A stretch of DNA of 64,000 nucleotides from Guillardia theta CCMP2712. Lineage: Eukaryota; Protista; Cryptophyta. This document shows, one piece after another, positions 1 through 13,099 of this stretch; positions within the stretch are counted from its first letter, which is position 1; each line of letters begins with the position of its first letter. The notes beneath the pieces were generated by a model. The model was not told where the DNA came from. It saw only the letters and a program-made list of their open reading frames with translations, and ran no database searches. The stretch covers positions 624,968-688,967 of the forward strand of contig NW_005434649.1 in NCBI RefSeq assembly GCF_000315625.1, read 5' to 3'. Made by a program: the position numbers and the translations under genes.

Positions 1-469
1 CTGATTCTTGTCTGTTGCTGCTGATCGCTTAGTCGGGATCCCGGCAATGAGAGCGCTATGTAGCCAGGAAGAGACCGAGCTCTTGCTACCTTCTTTCTGC
101 AAAGGCTCATCAGGAAGTCTACGTCTAGTATGACGTGGAGGATCCTGTGAGCTCCATGTGAAGTGCTGAATGAATCCAAGCTCCTGAGTTGTTGAAGGAA
201 TTGTATTCTTTTCAGGTACGCGAATGCAAACGTCCGTTGATGGGGTGGAGCTCGGCGGAACAGGTGACACTTGGTTGTGCAGTATGGCCGCTATACATGC
301 TATCTCAGTTTCTGACCATGAGCGCGCGCCATGGTTTCCTGGCCATCTTTCCCTAGGGAGATTGGACTTAAAAAAAGAGGAAAGCGACCGGCAGCATTCT
401 TTTTTCAAGAAAAAAAGAACTGTAAAATGGAATTTCAGGTTGTACATCATGGCAGGGCAGTAGGAAGGA

Positions 470-3400
470 ATGTCTGCTGATGCCGGCAGAGAGTTCAAGA
501 GTCCGATGCTTCTGCTCCCTCTCCTCCTCTCCCTTCTCTCTTGTACATCTGTCCTTCACTCTACCGCCGCCTTCGTCTCCCCTTCCCCCGCCATGCCAAG
601 TGGATTATCGATCAGGGCAACGAGGCCTTCGTGGAGAACCGCAGGAAGGTGTCCCTCCCGTCCTGTGTGGATGAGCTTAGCTGATCAACCGAGCCATGGC
701 AAACGCAATCTCAGGAATGAGAAAAAGGATAATGCGACTGTTTCGCAGCTGATCAATCAAGGGATTCTTAGAGCAGAGCTGGGGGATTTCCTGAAAGCCA
801 GCCATGTGACCGAGTCGATCTTAGAAGAATCGGTTCTTCCCGAGGAAGATGCTAGTGTTACAGTTGTGAACTTGGCCCTCCAGCGCGCCCTGTCCTCTTC
901 GCTGAACCTCACTCTCTGGAACGAGATCGCCAGTGATCCATTTGTGAGCGACTAGACGCTAATCTCGAAAACCCAACGGGGCATGACTTTTCTTGCAGCT
1001 GCAATCACGTTGGAGAAATCAAGAGACCTTCAAGTCTATCCTCTATGGATATGACAGGATCTTCAGTTCTATTCCTGTTGAGAGCTTGCCGCGAAAAGAC
1101 CTTTCAAAGGCGATCTCAACGCTAGCAGATCTCACCGTTACTGTTGTGCTGCACAACAACCTTGAAGAGCGCGAGGTGATGGTGAGACTGATCTCTCAGA
1201 CAAGAGAGAGAATCTTGCGACATGACGTGTCCTCCTCGTCCCTTTACGTTTCCGAGTTCATGTCGAAACTGAAGAGGCTGCAGAAACTTGGTCGTCGCAG
1301 CTGCTCTTTTGTGTGTGTGACCTGATCACCTTGCAACAGAGACCAAGGAAGGCATCATGCTCCTCTTGACCATGTTGGATGCGGTCTATAACTTCCTGCA
1401 TCTTCCATGTCGTGATGGTGAGCAGATGTTGGTCGCCAATCAAGAGACTTCCAGCTGCTTCGCCATGGTATGGTGCTGAAAACTACAAGTACTGGTAGCT
1501 GAGGCTGAAGACGCAGACGAGGATCGTGAGGGAGGAGCTCGAAGAGTTGGATGGGTGTTTGCATGAAATGATTCTACCTTCTGCCATCACACTGACTGCA
1601 AGTCCATAGACAAACATTTGCAAGTGAAAGCAATCAAGTCCTGCAACTGATCTTCAAAGTTGCCTCCTTACCTAGAGACACCGACCAAGTCGTCTCAGTG
1701 CGCACGACCCAAGAATTGTCTCAGAAGATCAACAAGATCGAAGCACTCAAAGAGGTAGAAAGACAGATGGATACAAGTCTTGGAGACTGACGGTCCCCCT
1801 GCTCCGTCAGGGAAACGATCTCCTGCGGAACATGCTCCGTCGCAACGTGCATGTCGACACCAAGAGTGAAGAATCGATGTGCGAGGCCTTTCTTGCCTGT
1901 GATTATCGTGCGAGCGAGGCTCTAGAGGTTTCTGGGCCCATGAGATGGTGAGGAGAGGATAACGCGCATGCAGATCGCCTTGGGAGCGATGGAGGAGTTC
2001 GAACGGTCAGAGGTGACGAGGAGTGATCTCTGGTGACGACACGTGAACATGTAAGGGAGGGATTGACTCGGCTGTCAGTGTGAACATGCTGGTGAAACTC
2101 ACGCGGCGGCTGCTGAGGCAGAACGACGGTCAAGTCTTCCCCTCTTGCAGAAGTCGCGATGATGCTCAGGCACAGAGTCGGACGTGTCGGCGATCGCGGG
2201 GCTGATAGAGGTGACAGCAGCTGCTTCTTCCTCCTCCTCTAAAGATTGTGAGCAGCGAGCGATGAATCGGATCCGGAAGATGATCATCGAAGAGAACCTG
2301 ATGGTCAGCCATTCCAGTGCCCCTCATCCGCAGCCCGGCCCCCCCCCGCCCCCCCCCCCTCCCCTCCTCCTCCTCCTCCTCTCCTCCTCCTCGTCTTCTT
2401 CCTCCTCCTCCTCCTAACTCACTCTCAGCCGGACATGATTCCTCTTACCCAACTGCTGGACGCTGCCGGTCGGCATGTGCCGGGTCAAGGGATCGTCGAG
2501 CTCGGCTGGTGCTCCTCCCCATCCTCCTCGTAGAGGGTTTATGACCATGTGCGGGCGGCAGTTTCCTGCTTGACCACGCGGATCAGTCAAAGCTCCCGTT
2601 CGATCTGGTCCTCTGCAACGTACTGGTCAACAACGTAGTGAGAGGGCAGACGCAGACAGAGAGCGAAGAGGTTGGGGAGTTGGGAGTGAAGACAGGAAGT
2701 GACTTGCTTGCCAGGCTGTCAAGATGTCGATCTTAGAAGTCAAGGACCTGCTGTTCGCAATGCAGGCCAAGGGAATAGCGCCTGACATCTACACAGTCAC
2801 GATGGTTCGATTGGAGGAAAATGCGAAGTGATTACCTGACGAGGATGCATTGAAGATCATTGGTCTGCTGAGACGATATGCGATCTTGGGGAGTGGAGAT
2901 AAAGCGATGAAGGTGAGCTGTTTGTATCTGCCGGGATTCTGATGTGAATTTGGTTGTCAGGAAGCTGATTGGGTGTTGACGATGATGGTAATGGAACTCT
3001 TTTCGACGATAAGAGAGAATGATGCAATGAAAGGATCGATATGACATCGCTGTCAACGATGTCTTTGCCAGGTGACTCGCGCTCTTTTATTCTGCCATGA
3101 TGGAAGAAAGGTTGAGAATGGCGAGTAAAAAGAAGGCAATGTTTCAGAACACAAAATTATCATGAGGGTCAGGAGGAGAGAGGGAGCGGAGTAGGGCAGA
3201 GGTTTGTGCCCGGGGGGGGGGTGAGGAGGAGGGGGAGGAAGGAGATCTACGAAGACTGACTCCAATGATGGCAGGCAATATGCAGACTTGTGCTCGATAT
3301 GCTGCTCTCAAAGAGCGGACGCATTAGTCTGTCTCAAGGTAGAGGAGGAGCAGGAGGAGGAGGAGCGAGCAACTGATTTTGTGTCCTTTCTCAGTTGTCC

Positions 3401-6400
3401 TCGTACATCTTCGAGAAGTTGTGGGAGGTGAATCGATAGATAGGGAGGTTTTGTGGGAGTCACCTGACAGCTGTGGAAGAAACAACCAGTCTGCAACTCA
3501 ACGCTGACGTCCTACCTGCAAGTTTGCAGCGAGACGGCAGGTCGGGGTCTGAGGTGAGAGGGAGCGTCCTGACGCGGTGCCATGACTTGTTGAAGGATGT
3601 CGCTGACGAGGGGGAGGGCTGCGTTTCTTCGATATGCGAGCGAGCAGAACTCAAGCGCTGTGGAGCCCCTCAACTCCCTCCTCGACTGCATCGCCCAGTG
3701 ACGAGCCTGACGTGCCCGACGACCATCATGACAAGCTGCGCAGGAGCGTCGGCAGCGGCATCGACTTCGGCTTCCCGCTGGCGATCAAGCTGATGAGGGG
3801 GGAGCGAGCGCGGGGAGTCCAGCTGGACATCGTGACCTTCAACACCGCCATCAAAGTTTGCGTCAAAGTCGCGCCGTCTCTTCCCAGCTGCCTGCCAGCT
3901 GATGTTGAGCTGTAGGACATCGCAATGGGTCACAAAGGGATCTCGAACATCCTCGTGGTCCTCCATGAAATGGATCGACAGGCTATTGGTGACTTGACCA
4001 TCCCCTCCCCTCCCCTCTCCTCTCCTCTCCTCCCCTCTCCTCTCCTCTCCTCTCCTCTCCTCTCCTCTCCTCTCCTCTCCTCTCCTCTCCTCTCCTCTCC
4101 TCTCCTCTCCTCTCCTCTCCTCTCCTCTCCTCTCCTCTCCTCTCCTCTCCTCTCCTCTCCTCTCCTCTCCTCTCCTCTCCTCTCCTCTCCTCTCCTCTCC
4201 TCTCCTCTCATCTCATCTCATCTCCTCTCCTCTCCTCTCCTCTCCTCTCCTCTCTCCCCATAGATCTCTTTCTCTCTTTCTGCATTCCTCTTCAATCATT
4301 TCCTCATTCTCAGTGAGACTTTTTCTTTCCTTCTCGTGTTTCTTTTTCTTTCACCTGTCAACTCCTCTTTGTCTTCCTCCACTGACTTGCACCCCCACAG
4401 CACCTGATCTCATCTCCATCAATTCCATCCTCAACGCTTGCTCCAAGTCTGCTGCTGCTGGAAACCCTCACGCCTTCCCTGCTGCTTCCAGGAAAGTTTC
4501 TCACTTCTCCTTTTCCTCCTTCCTCCCCTTCCGCCCTCCCCACCTCCTCCCTTCCCATCCCCTCCACACCTCCTCCATCCTCTCCTTGCCTCCCTTGCCT
4601 CCCTCCTTTCCTACATTCCCTCCTCCCGACCTCGCTTCCTTGTACAGAGCTTCGACTGCCTCCCTCACTGTCCTTCCCCGACTTTCTTTCCTTGCCGGAG
4701 GATCGCTGACGACCATGACAGGATCGCTCAGCTCATGTTCAACGTCTGTCCCCACCCGCTTGTCCAGCAGAACTCATCCTTCCCGCAGGCCTCGCTCGAC
4801 ATCAACCCGGATGACTTCTCCTTCAACGCTCTCCTCCAGACCTTTCAAGCTCATGCCAAGCTCACGGTTCCTCCTCCTCCCTCGTCCTTCCCGTCCTCTC
4901 CCTTACACTCAGCTCCCCACCTGCTGCCTCTCCCTCTCCCCACACTTTCTCCCACTCTCCCTCTGAGCTCCTCCTCCTCCTTCCGCCCCTCATTCGCCTT
5001 GTCTCGCTCCTCAGGGTCGGACGTCTGGATGCTTCTCCTACTGCCGGCAAGTTCTATCGATCATGGACGAGATGGGGGTACGTCCTGCCTCCTCTTCCTT
5101 CCCTTCAGCTCCTCCTGATCTCTTCACCTGCTCTCTCTTCCTGTCCTCTCCTTCCTTTCACATTCCTCCTCGCCGTCCTCCCGCTTTCTGCTTCCTCATG
5201 GTCCTCCCCTCCTCTTCCGTCTGCTTGTCCTCAAACTTTCTCCGCGTCCTCCCTCCTGTCCACTCGCTCCCCTTGTCCTCCCTCCCTCCTCTGCCACCTC
5301 TCAATGAAGCACAGGTCCCTCCCACAGCTCCAACTTTCGCGCTCATCATCAGCAGCAGTGAGATCGAGGTGTTTGTGATGTTTCTCTTGCCCCCTCTGAC
5401 TCTCATCCTGCAGGGCACACAGGAGGCAGTAGAGTCTTCCTTCGCTGTCTTCGAGGTCTGAACCACCCTCGCCCCTCCTCTTTCTCATCTTTCCTCCTCC
5501 TCCTCCACGTCATCCTCTGCTTTGATTCTCCTCTCCTTCTTCCCTGCTCTGTTTCTCCACAAGTTGCTTCTCTTGATTGCTTCTCGTCTCATCTGTTCAC
5601 TTCTCATCGCTTCTTCACTCTTCACTCTTCTTCACTCTTCACTCTTCTTCACTCTTCACTCTTCTTCACTCTTCACTCTTCATCTCTTCTTCAATCTTCA
5701 TCCCTTCTTCACTCTTCATCGCTTCTTCACTCTTCGCTCTGCTCCTTTTCTTCTCTCGCGTTCTACTATGAAGAGATTTTCAGTCCATCCCTCGCAAGCT
5801 CAAGACCCGACAGACTTACTTGGCAATGATGAAGTGTCTGATGAAGGAAAGTCTTCTCTCACCCTCGCTGCTTTCCCGCCTCTAACAGCCGAACAGGTCG
5901 GACGTAACAGCGAAGCTATGAACTTGCTGGTCAGACAGGATCCACCATCATCCTTCCTCCTCCTCCTCCTCCTCCTGCACTTTCCCTCCCTTCCCCCGCC
6001 TCCTCTCCCGCTCCTCCTCCCTCTTTTCTCCTTGATCGAGATTATTGCGTCGATCTTGAACGTGCTGATTTGCTACGATTTTCATACAGGATAGCAGTGC
6101 AAGTAGCGGACTAAAACCCAACCTTTACATGTACTCAGCTGCTCTGAAAGCATGCAAGGTTTTATCCTGCCCCTCCTTCTCCTCCATTCTCCTTCTCCTT
6201 CACTCTTCCTGACTTTTTCTCCTTCAGACTTCCGAGTCGCTCCAGTGGGTGCTCAATCACATGAAGAAGAACAGAGTAGAGCTCAGCGCTAACATGAGGC
6301 GACAGGCAGGAACAAAATCTTCTTCTGCTCCCTCCTTACTCCTCCCAGGTGGACAAGATGATGCAAAGTTATCGTTGAGACGCTCATGGCGACTTTCTTC

Positions 6401-6694
6401 ATTGATCCTGCAGCCAACAACTGCGGACAAGAGGGCCGAAGGCACAGAGCAGAAGCAGCGCGAGCGAGTCCTGCTGAACAGATGAGGAGGGGCGGAGGGA
6501 GAACTGGAGACCTGAGGAGAAAGCCGACTTGCGGCACCTGCAGCAAGTTTGAGAAGAGCTCAGGAGCAAGCGAACGAGATCAGCAAGAGGAGGAGGAGGA
6601 GGAAGTGAGGAGGAACAGGAGGAGCAAGAGGAGCAGGAGGTTTGATAGGCGAGCTCACTTGTTTGACCGGAGACAGAGAGCAAGACAGCGGTAG
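470..6694 (+). CDS. Multi-exon pentatricopeptide-repeat (PPR) protein, probably plastid-targeted; 3' end approximate (6485-6694)
   Basis: The N-terminus has a hydrophobic signal peptide followed by TAAFVSPS (ASAF-like bipartite presequence). Exons encode several PPR-type motifs: DLVLCNVLVNN, QAKGIAPDIYTVTM, GVQLDIVTFNTAIKVC, APDLISINSILNACSKS, NPDDFSFNALLQTF, PTAPTFALIISS and GLKPNLYMYSAALKAC. Confidence 0.8.
4003..4258. repeat. (CCTCT)n pentanucleotide microsatellite, intronic
   Basis: Near-perfect CTCCT/CCTCT tandem array inside the PPR gene; it produces spurious SSPLL/GEERR ORFs. Confidence 0.95.
5590..5735. repeat. Degenerate CTTCACTCTT-type tandem repeat, probably intronic
   Basis: Repeated cttcactctt/cttcatcgctt units visible in the sequence. 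Confidence 0.8.
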
Positions 6695-7073
6695 GGAGGC
6701 CCTGCGGGACATGTGAGGAGGTGAGGGAAGGGGAGCAGGAGAACCTCGGCCTTGAGGTTGTCGTTGAGCCGCCGATCCGTCAACCTCGCGACGATCTGGA
6801 ACGAACAGGAAGGAGCTGAGAGGCAGGACGAAGAGGAGGCGACTTGACATCGTGAGAGGAGAGGCGAGGAGGGCGAGAGAAGGGAAAGGGAGAGAAGCGA
6901 GGAAGAGACGATAGAGAAGCTAGTAGGCATGCTTGTTACCGTCTTGGATAAATCCTCTTCTTGACAGAGCACCTGCCGCTTGCAATGTTGGTGCTGCAGT
7001 AGCTGCTGCAGCTGAAGTACCTTGCACTCGATGATGGTCTCGGTAGATAGCGACCTGCCATCACAAGCATCGC

Positions 7074-7149
<76 letters not shown>

Positions 7150-9003
7150 TCACCCGGACGAAGCGTCCATGCTCACAATCATCACCTGTAAGAGACTTGA
7201 GACAAGGAGGAGGAGGAGGAGGTGGTGGTGGTGGTGGTGGTGATGATGGACGTTTGCAACTCACGTTGCTGTCGAGGGTCTCAGCTGTGAGGGCGACAGC
7301 ATGGATGAAGTGAGCTTGAAGGTCTTGAGAGGTAGAAGGATGAGCATCTACTGCGGACATAAACAAGCAGACAACCTGATGTGAAGTCGATGAGAACGAT
7401 GGCGAGCTGAATCAGCACAGTGACGTCGAAGTTGATGGTCGGGACTGACTTCACACTGCGTCAACCATGACAAGTCAAGGCTACAAGCTTGAATGCCACT
7501 GGTTGCTCACATCGGAACACAAACTTGATCTGCGACCGAGCACCCGCCCTCGGATGTTTCTGTTGACTTGCACACTGTGACGAGACAAAGACAGGAGGAT
7601 GTCTTCAGCAACAAGGTAGAACAGGAAGGGAGATGATGGAGAGAAGGCAGGAGGGATCTACCTGTACAAGGAAGACAGGATGTGGTGTACTGCGTTGAAC
7701 TCGAGAAATATCCCTGCAATCACCTCAACACGTCCTCCTCCTCCTCCTCCTCCTCCTCCTCCTCCTCCTCCTCCTCCTCCTCCTCCTCTATCCCTACCGT
7801 AGGGCATGCCTTGCACTCGCCAGCGGACATACCAGCGCAGCCTGCCAGCAACTCAGCGGGGGGGGAGAGGGCGAGCTGGAGGAATGTGGGGACCGTCTCT
7901 GTATTGGCCGAGGGCACACGGGGAGCACTGGACGCAAGTTCCAGCTGTCATTCAGCTGTCACATGCCACGTCAAGGCCTCTGCCTCTGCCTCCGCACCGT
8001 GAGAGGCTGTCACGTTGCAATCGGTCAAGAACTGTCCCATCTCACACTTCGAGCAACTGCACGCCCATCATCACCCGCTCTACAAGCCCCCTGCCCTCAC
8101 TTGGCAGGGATGCAGACGCGATTGGTTGTGGCTGAGCCTGCCAACAGGATCAGCTCTGCTTCACGCCTTTCAGACCCCTTACAAGCGACGATCTCCTTCT
8201 CCCCTTCAGCGCATGTGCTGCGACAGGCGACACAGGCGGAGGAAGAGGACGCTGCAGTCAGAGTCGAGAAGGAGCCTGTTGGACATGGCGAGCATGCTTC
8301 AGACCCGACTGTCGGCTTGTAGGATCCTGCAGGACACGCTTGGCAGGAGCCTGAGGAGGACGTGTATCCCGCCAGACATTGACAGGCATCAGCAGAAGTG
8401 CTCTGAGCAGGGGAAGTTGAGTACGTGGGGCAGCTGACACACTCCCTGCAGGAACCTGCTCAGCACGCAGCAGCGCTAGAGGTCAACCCACCCGCTGTCG
8501 AGGTAGAGCCCTGCTTCGCATCCCTGGGAAGGCATCACAGTGTAGACGCAGTCAGGGGACTTGAAGATGGCAGCACTCCTGGACGTTGACCATGCGGCTC
8601 GGATGGTGATGGTGCCGTCGGGAGGGACGGTGACGGAGCCAACATTGTTGTCCAGCCTCTTGCCTGTGCATCGTCCGTTGGTGAAAGGAATCGCAGAGGA
8701 AGAGGACGCGACGACTTCAATCAGGTACTCGCTACCGGTAGGCGCGGTGAAGCTGACAGGCAACAATGAGCCAGCATCGACTGTTTGTCCGCAGTCGACG
8801 GGGCTGCCACCAGAGGTCAGGCGGACAAGAGCAGCAGTGCTGTCCTGCACTGCTGTATGGGGCGAGTAGGTCGTGCTCAAGCTCAAGGACATCTCGCAGA
8901 CAAGATTTTCAGGATATCCGGATGCGGTAGGCCATAAGAGCAGAGGAAGCAAGAGAAGGAGATTGAGCGTTGGCATGCGAGAGAGGAACAAGACCAGAAC
9001 CAT
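6655..9003 (-). CDS. Secreted/surface Cys-rich protein: signal peptide, Reeler-like N-terminal beta domain, then Cys-rich CxxG(Y/T)-type repeats; multi-exon, 3' end approximate
   Basis: Exon 1 ORF 8476-9003 has a clear signal peptide (…LLLLLPLLLWPTASGYP) and a Reeler-like pattern (YLIEV…GRC…ITIRAAWS). Downstream exons are Cys-rich (CEAGLY, CLPCTG, CAGMSAGECKAC, CKSTETSEGGCS). Confidence 0.6.
7075..7148. repeat. (CAT)n microsatellite, intronic
   Basis: Perfect trinucleotide run. Confidence 0.95.
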
Positions 9004-10274
9004 GTGAGCTTGGGAAGGAGAGAGGAGGGGCTGTTGTAGGGAGGGAGGGCAAGGAGTGAGGAGATGCTGGTGTAGGGAGGGGAGGGAGACGAGACGTAAT
9101 TTACCTTCGCTTACGTTTACTGTTTCACCACCCCTCCTCTACACTTCTTCTACCCACCCCTCCAACTTGAACAGTTGCTTTGACGTCAGCCGTGCGTCAC
9201 GTTGCCCACCCCTCCCTATCCCTGTAAAGAGTACCCCTCCTCCTGTAGCGCCTTGACGGTCACGTCGCTGCACCTGCTGCCTCTGACACGCTCGTTGCCT
9301 CCCCTACTACTGATTATGACTAGACTAGTACGGTAAAGTCTCGGACCAGTGCCAACTTGGCTGCACAGCGCAAGGCCGTGGCAGGCCGAGCCCGCCGGGC
9401 CCTGATGCTGAAGCCATGCACAGGTGACGCCGATCGTTAGCCGTCCGATGGTCTTGCTAAGGTCCTCTCATGGTCTATATCTCTCATGTGCTCCTCAATT
9501 CTAGTTTCGTGTGGCGCAATGATTAAACTCGGTCTTGACTCCGAGTCACTGAGCACTGGCAAAAACGGTCTTGTTGCAGCTGAGGTCGATATGATGGCAT
9601 TTTGGCATAGTCACTACGCCGGGTACAAGTCTAATGCTCCGTCCGTCGGGCCGTATGGGCCCCAAGTGTGTTTCCGGGAGTCCGGTTGTTTTTCAAGCCC
9701 TAGAAAACATTCGAAGATCAAACTTGACAAACAAATCAGCCGATGATGGCCCTGGGATGAGAGGCCTAAACAAGGCCGCAGTTTTGCAGGAGACAACAGT
9801 CGGCGGCGGCAGTGAGGTACAGTACCACAGCCCAGGCCGCAGTGACGGGCGCATGCTACTAGTTCGGCAGGGCCCGGCCCCGGTAGCGGCAGGCTGTCGG
9901 AGCCGGGCCGCGAACCGTACACTCTGAGGCTGGCTCGGCTCTCACCTTCCGAGCTGAGCGAGTGTGAGGGGATGAGGGGCAGCTAGGATTCATGCAAGGG
10001 CGGGACGTGGAGTTGCGAGGGGTTGAAGGAGAGGGAGAGAGAGAGGGGGAGAGCTTGTGGTAGGAAACAGGAAGGAGGGAGAGAGGGAGAGAGGAAAGGG
10101 GAGAGAGAGCTTGTGATAGTGAAGAGGAAACGGAGAGGGATGGAGGGAGAGAGAGGAGCTCCTAAGATGAGACGTCAGTGAGAGGATGATATGAGAGGAT
10201 GACAGGAGTGTGCTGGATAAAAGATCTGCATCCTTCACGCTTGGTTGACTGGTGGTGAAGCTTTTTCCTTTCAG

Positions 10275-11515
10275 ATGTCAGAAGCTTCACTTGATGCGGA
10301 TCAAGTGAAACAATACGATCGGCAAATACGTCTTTGGGGATTTGCTGCCCAACAAAAGATAACTCAGGCTCGGGTTCTGGTGCATGGCTGCTGTGGGATG
10401 TCTGCAGAGATTGTGAAGAACTTGGTTCTTGCTGGTCTGATCGACGATGGTGGGATTGCGATCGAGATTGATGGAAAGGTTTGCAGGAGTTGGGAACGTT
10501 TGCTTGATGGACGACGCCATTGCTCAAGAACAGGACCTTGGGAGCCAATTTCTGATACCTGCAGAGTGTGTCGGCAAGATGTCTCGTGCAGAAGCAAGCA
10601 TCAAATCCTTACAAGAACTGAATCCCAAAGCTTCTATCAGATGCGAAAAGGGTGAAGAGAGAATTCTCGATGAAGCTTTGTAAGTTTGCCAATTCGCAAG
10701 CGAATTTGGACTTTTGACGAAATGTTTGTATGCGCGGTGTAGGTTGAAGCAATTCGACCTTGTTTGTGTTTCAGATGGAGCACCAAACATGCAGAAGCAG
10801 GTCAATGAGATCTGTCGGAAAAACAAAATCAAGTTTTTCAGCGTCAATTCGCATGGCTTCTTTGCATGCTTTTTTCTTGATCTTAACGAGCATGATTATT
10901 ATGTGGAGAAGAAGGAAGGGGTACGCGATAGCCTATCCCCAAACCATTGAAGTGAGCTTGCTTCCAGGATACACAGAAAACGACAACTGAGCAGTTTCAG
11001 CTGAGATACCCTTCGATGGAGCAAGCCATGAGCACAAGCTGGTCCAAGCTCACAAAGGGAAAGGCACAAGTCAACAAACTATTCTACGCACTACAGCTCC
11101 TTCATGCCATGCAGGAGCGAGCCGGTGACGCGTGTGGGTATAGCGACAGAGTCGGGTGACGAGGCTGGCAGGATCTTCGTCTGCACCTGTGGAGAACGCT
11201 GAAGAAGTGCACCTCGTGAGAGATGAGCTTTGCAAGCGCCACTCCCTCTCGGCCTCGTGCTTCGAAGACGATCTCTTCCGCAAGCTCGCGATGCAGGTGA
11301 ACAAGTGTGCGAGGAGCATGCCAAGTCTGACACTCATGGGGCAGGTGAATCTTCACGTGAGCATGGTCTGCTCTATCGTTGGCGGGATGGCCGCGGATCA
11401 CATGGTCAAGGCTCTCACAGGGAAGGAGAAGCCCTTGAGGAATTATTTCATCTACGATGGCAGGGACGGGTCTGGCATTGTGCTGGATCTCGGAGCATCA
11501 GAGGACGATACTTAA
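10275..11515 (+). CDS. SAE1: SUMO-activating enzyme E1 subunit 1 (AOS1/SAE1, ThiF family), multi-exon
   Basis: Signature motifs YDRQIRLWGFAAQQKI…ARVLVHG…AEIVKNLVLAGVG, GSQFL…SRAEAS…LQELNP and VCSIVGGMAADHMVKALTGKEKPLRNYFIYDG; short GT-AG introns. Confidence 0.9.
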
Positions 11516-11675
11516 TGCGGGTTGAAGATATAAATGAAATGCAGATTTGGTTGAGATGAAATTCTTTTAAGTTTACACGGTCGAAGCCTCATCCAAGTAA
11601 GATAGCACTCCTCACGAGATGTCGACCTTCTGTTCCAAGAAGATGCATTTTCCCTCTTGTTCCAGCATCTGTCAG

Positions 11676-12412
11676 CTAGTACAGCTGCATGTACTTGCAG
11701 ATGCTCTTGAACTGGTCGCGAGTAAGGTATTGCGCGTTCTCATCTTCCGACTCCGAGCAGTATCGGATGATTTCCTGCGAGCTGATCAAACTTGAGAGCT
11801 CGCGGCATGCGACTCTTACCTTGAGCTCCAAGTCTGTACATCCTGCCTGAATCACTTCCGAGATGTTCTTCAGACCAAGCCACGTGATGACTGTTGGGCA
11901 GAATTACTGGACGACACGTGAAGCCTGGTAGATACCTTTCTTGCAGTCTTCAGGTTGATGATTGCATTCCTCTGCATTACGATGCTCCAAGCAAGAATCT
12001 GCGAAATTTTCGAATTGCTCGTCAACCATCTTGCTGTTATCCTGTTCCAAGATCTTGGGTCTCATGAAAGCAAGAAATTCGGAGAATTCGATCTCTTTAT
12101 TCCCGCTTGAGTCAAGTTTGTCCATGATTTGCTCGATCTTGACATTGAGACACGCATCAGTACCACACCAAGAGGGGCAAGTGAAGTCACACGTCTTCGA
12201 GCGAGTTCTTGACCTCGGGCATGAGAATGTTCATAGCGTATCTCATCTCGCTGACGTCGATGGCCTGGGGAAGCGGGTGAGCAGGAGAGGAGGAGGACTT
12301 GACGAGTTGCGCTCACCCCGCTGCCATCGGAGTCGAAGGTCTCGAAGACCTCTCGGATCTCCTGCATTTGCTCCTCCGTCAGCTCCGTTCGAACCTTGCG
12401 CCGCTGCGCCAT
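11676..12412 (-). CDS. Divergent centrin/caltractin-like EF-hand protein
   Basis: ELTEEQMQEIREVFETFDSDGSG (EF1), MDKLDSSGNKEIEFSEFLAFMRPKI (EF2) and C-terminus FKSICKYMQLY*, like the centrin ending; short introns. Confidence 0.8.
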
Positions 12413-13099
12413 CTTCTGCTTGTCTGCCAGTGGTCAAACGTCAGGCTGCGCGGGGATGAGGGCGATTGCTGGGAATGGCGGCTACACAATCGATTCGGGG
12501 GACGATGGGGAGGAGGAGGGAGGGAAGGAGGGAGACGAGCGATGGAGAGCGATGGAGAGGGAGGGAGAGAGAGAGAGAGAGAGGAGCCAGGGTGAAAGAG
12601 CGACGAAGATAGAAGGAAGGCGAGGGAGGGAGCAGACTGAATTCTGAGCTGCCGTTAAGTATGAGGGGTAGAGGAGTGGGTGGAGAGCTGAGAAATATGG
12701 GGAGAGAAGGGGGAAGAGACAGGACGTGAAGGATGAGAAGAGTTGAAGGAGGCAACAGGAAGATGAGGGGAGCCAAGATCTGATAACGAAAGCACGCATT
12801 GGAAGCAAGGTTGCTGGGAGGGCAGTGAAATATGAACAGGGGCAGGTAATCGAGAGTGAGCAGGAGATGGTCGGAAAGGCTGTAGGAACGTAAGACGCAA
12901 GAGTTGGAAAGGAGGAGGATGCAAAGAACGACAGCGCTGTGTCGTATCTGAATCATCGACTTGCTGAAGGAAACTTAAGAAACTTTATTTGCAGGTTCTC
13001 TCTGGTGAAATTCAAACTATCCAGGCGACGGCAGAGCCACAGAGCGATGGACGTTGTAAGATAGGAGCCCTCGCCCGTGTCACTTTCTCCAGCTGAACT

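Noticed and set aside
1-335. Possible first exons of a minus-strand gene leaving the window
   Set aside because: Splice-like signals are present, but there is too little sequence to support a call.
3925-4263. SSPLL / GEERR repeat proteins (also near 33.1, 50.5 and 62.9 kb)
   Set aside because: These are translations of (CCTCT)n microsatellites.
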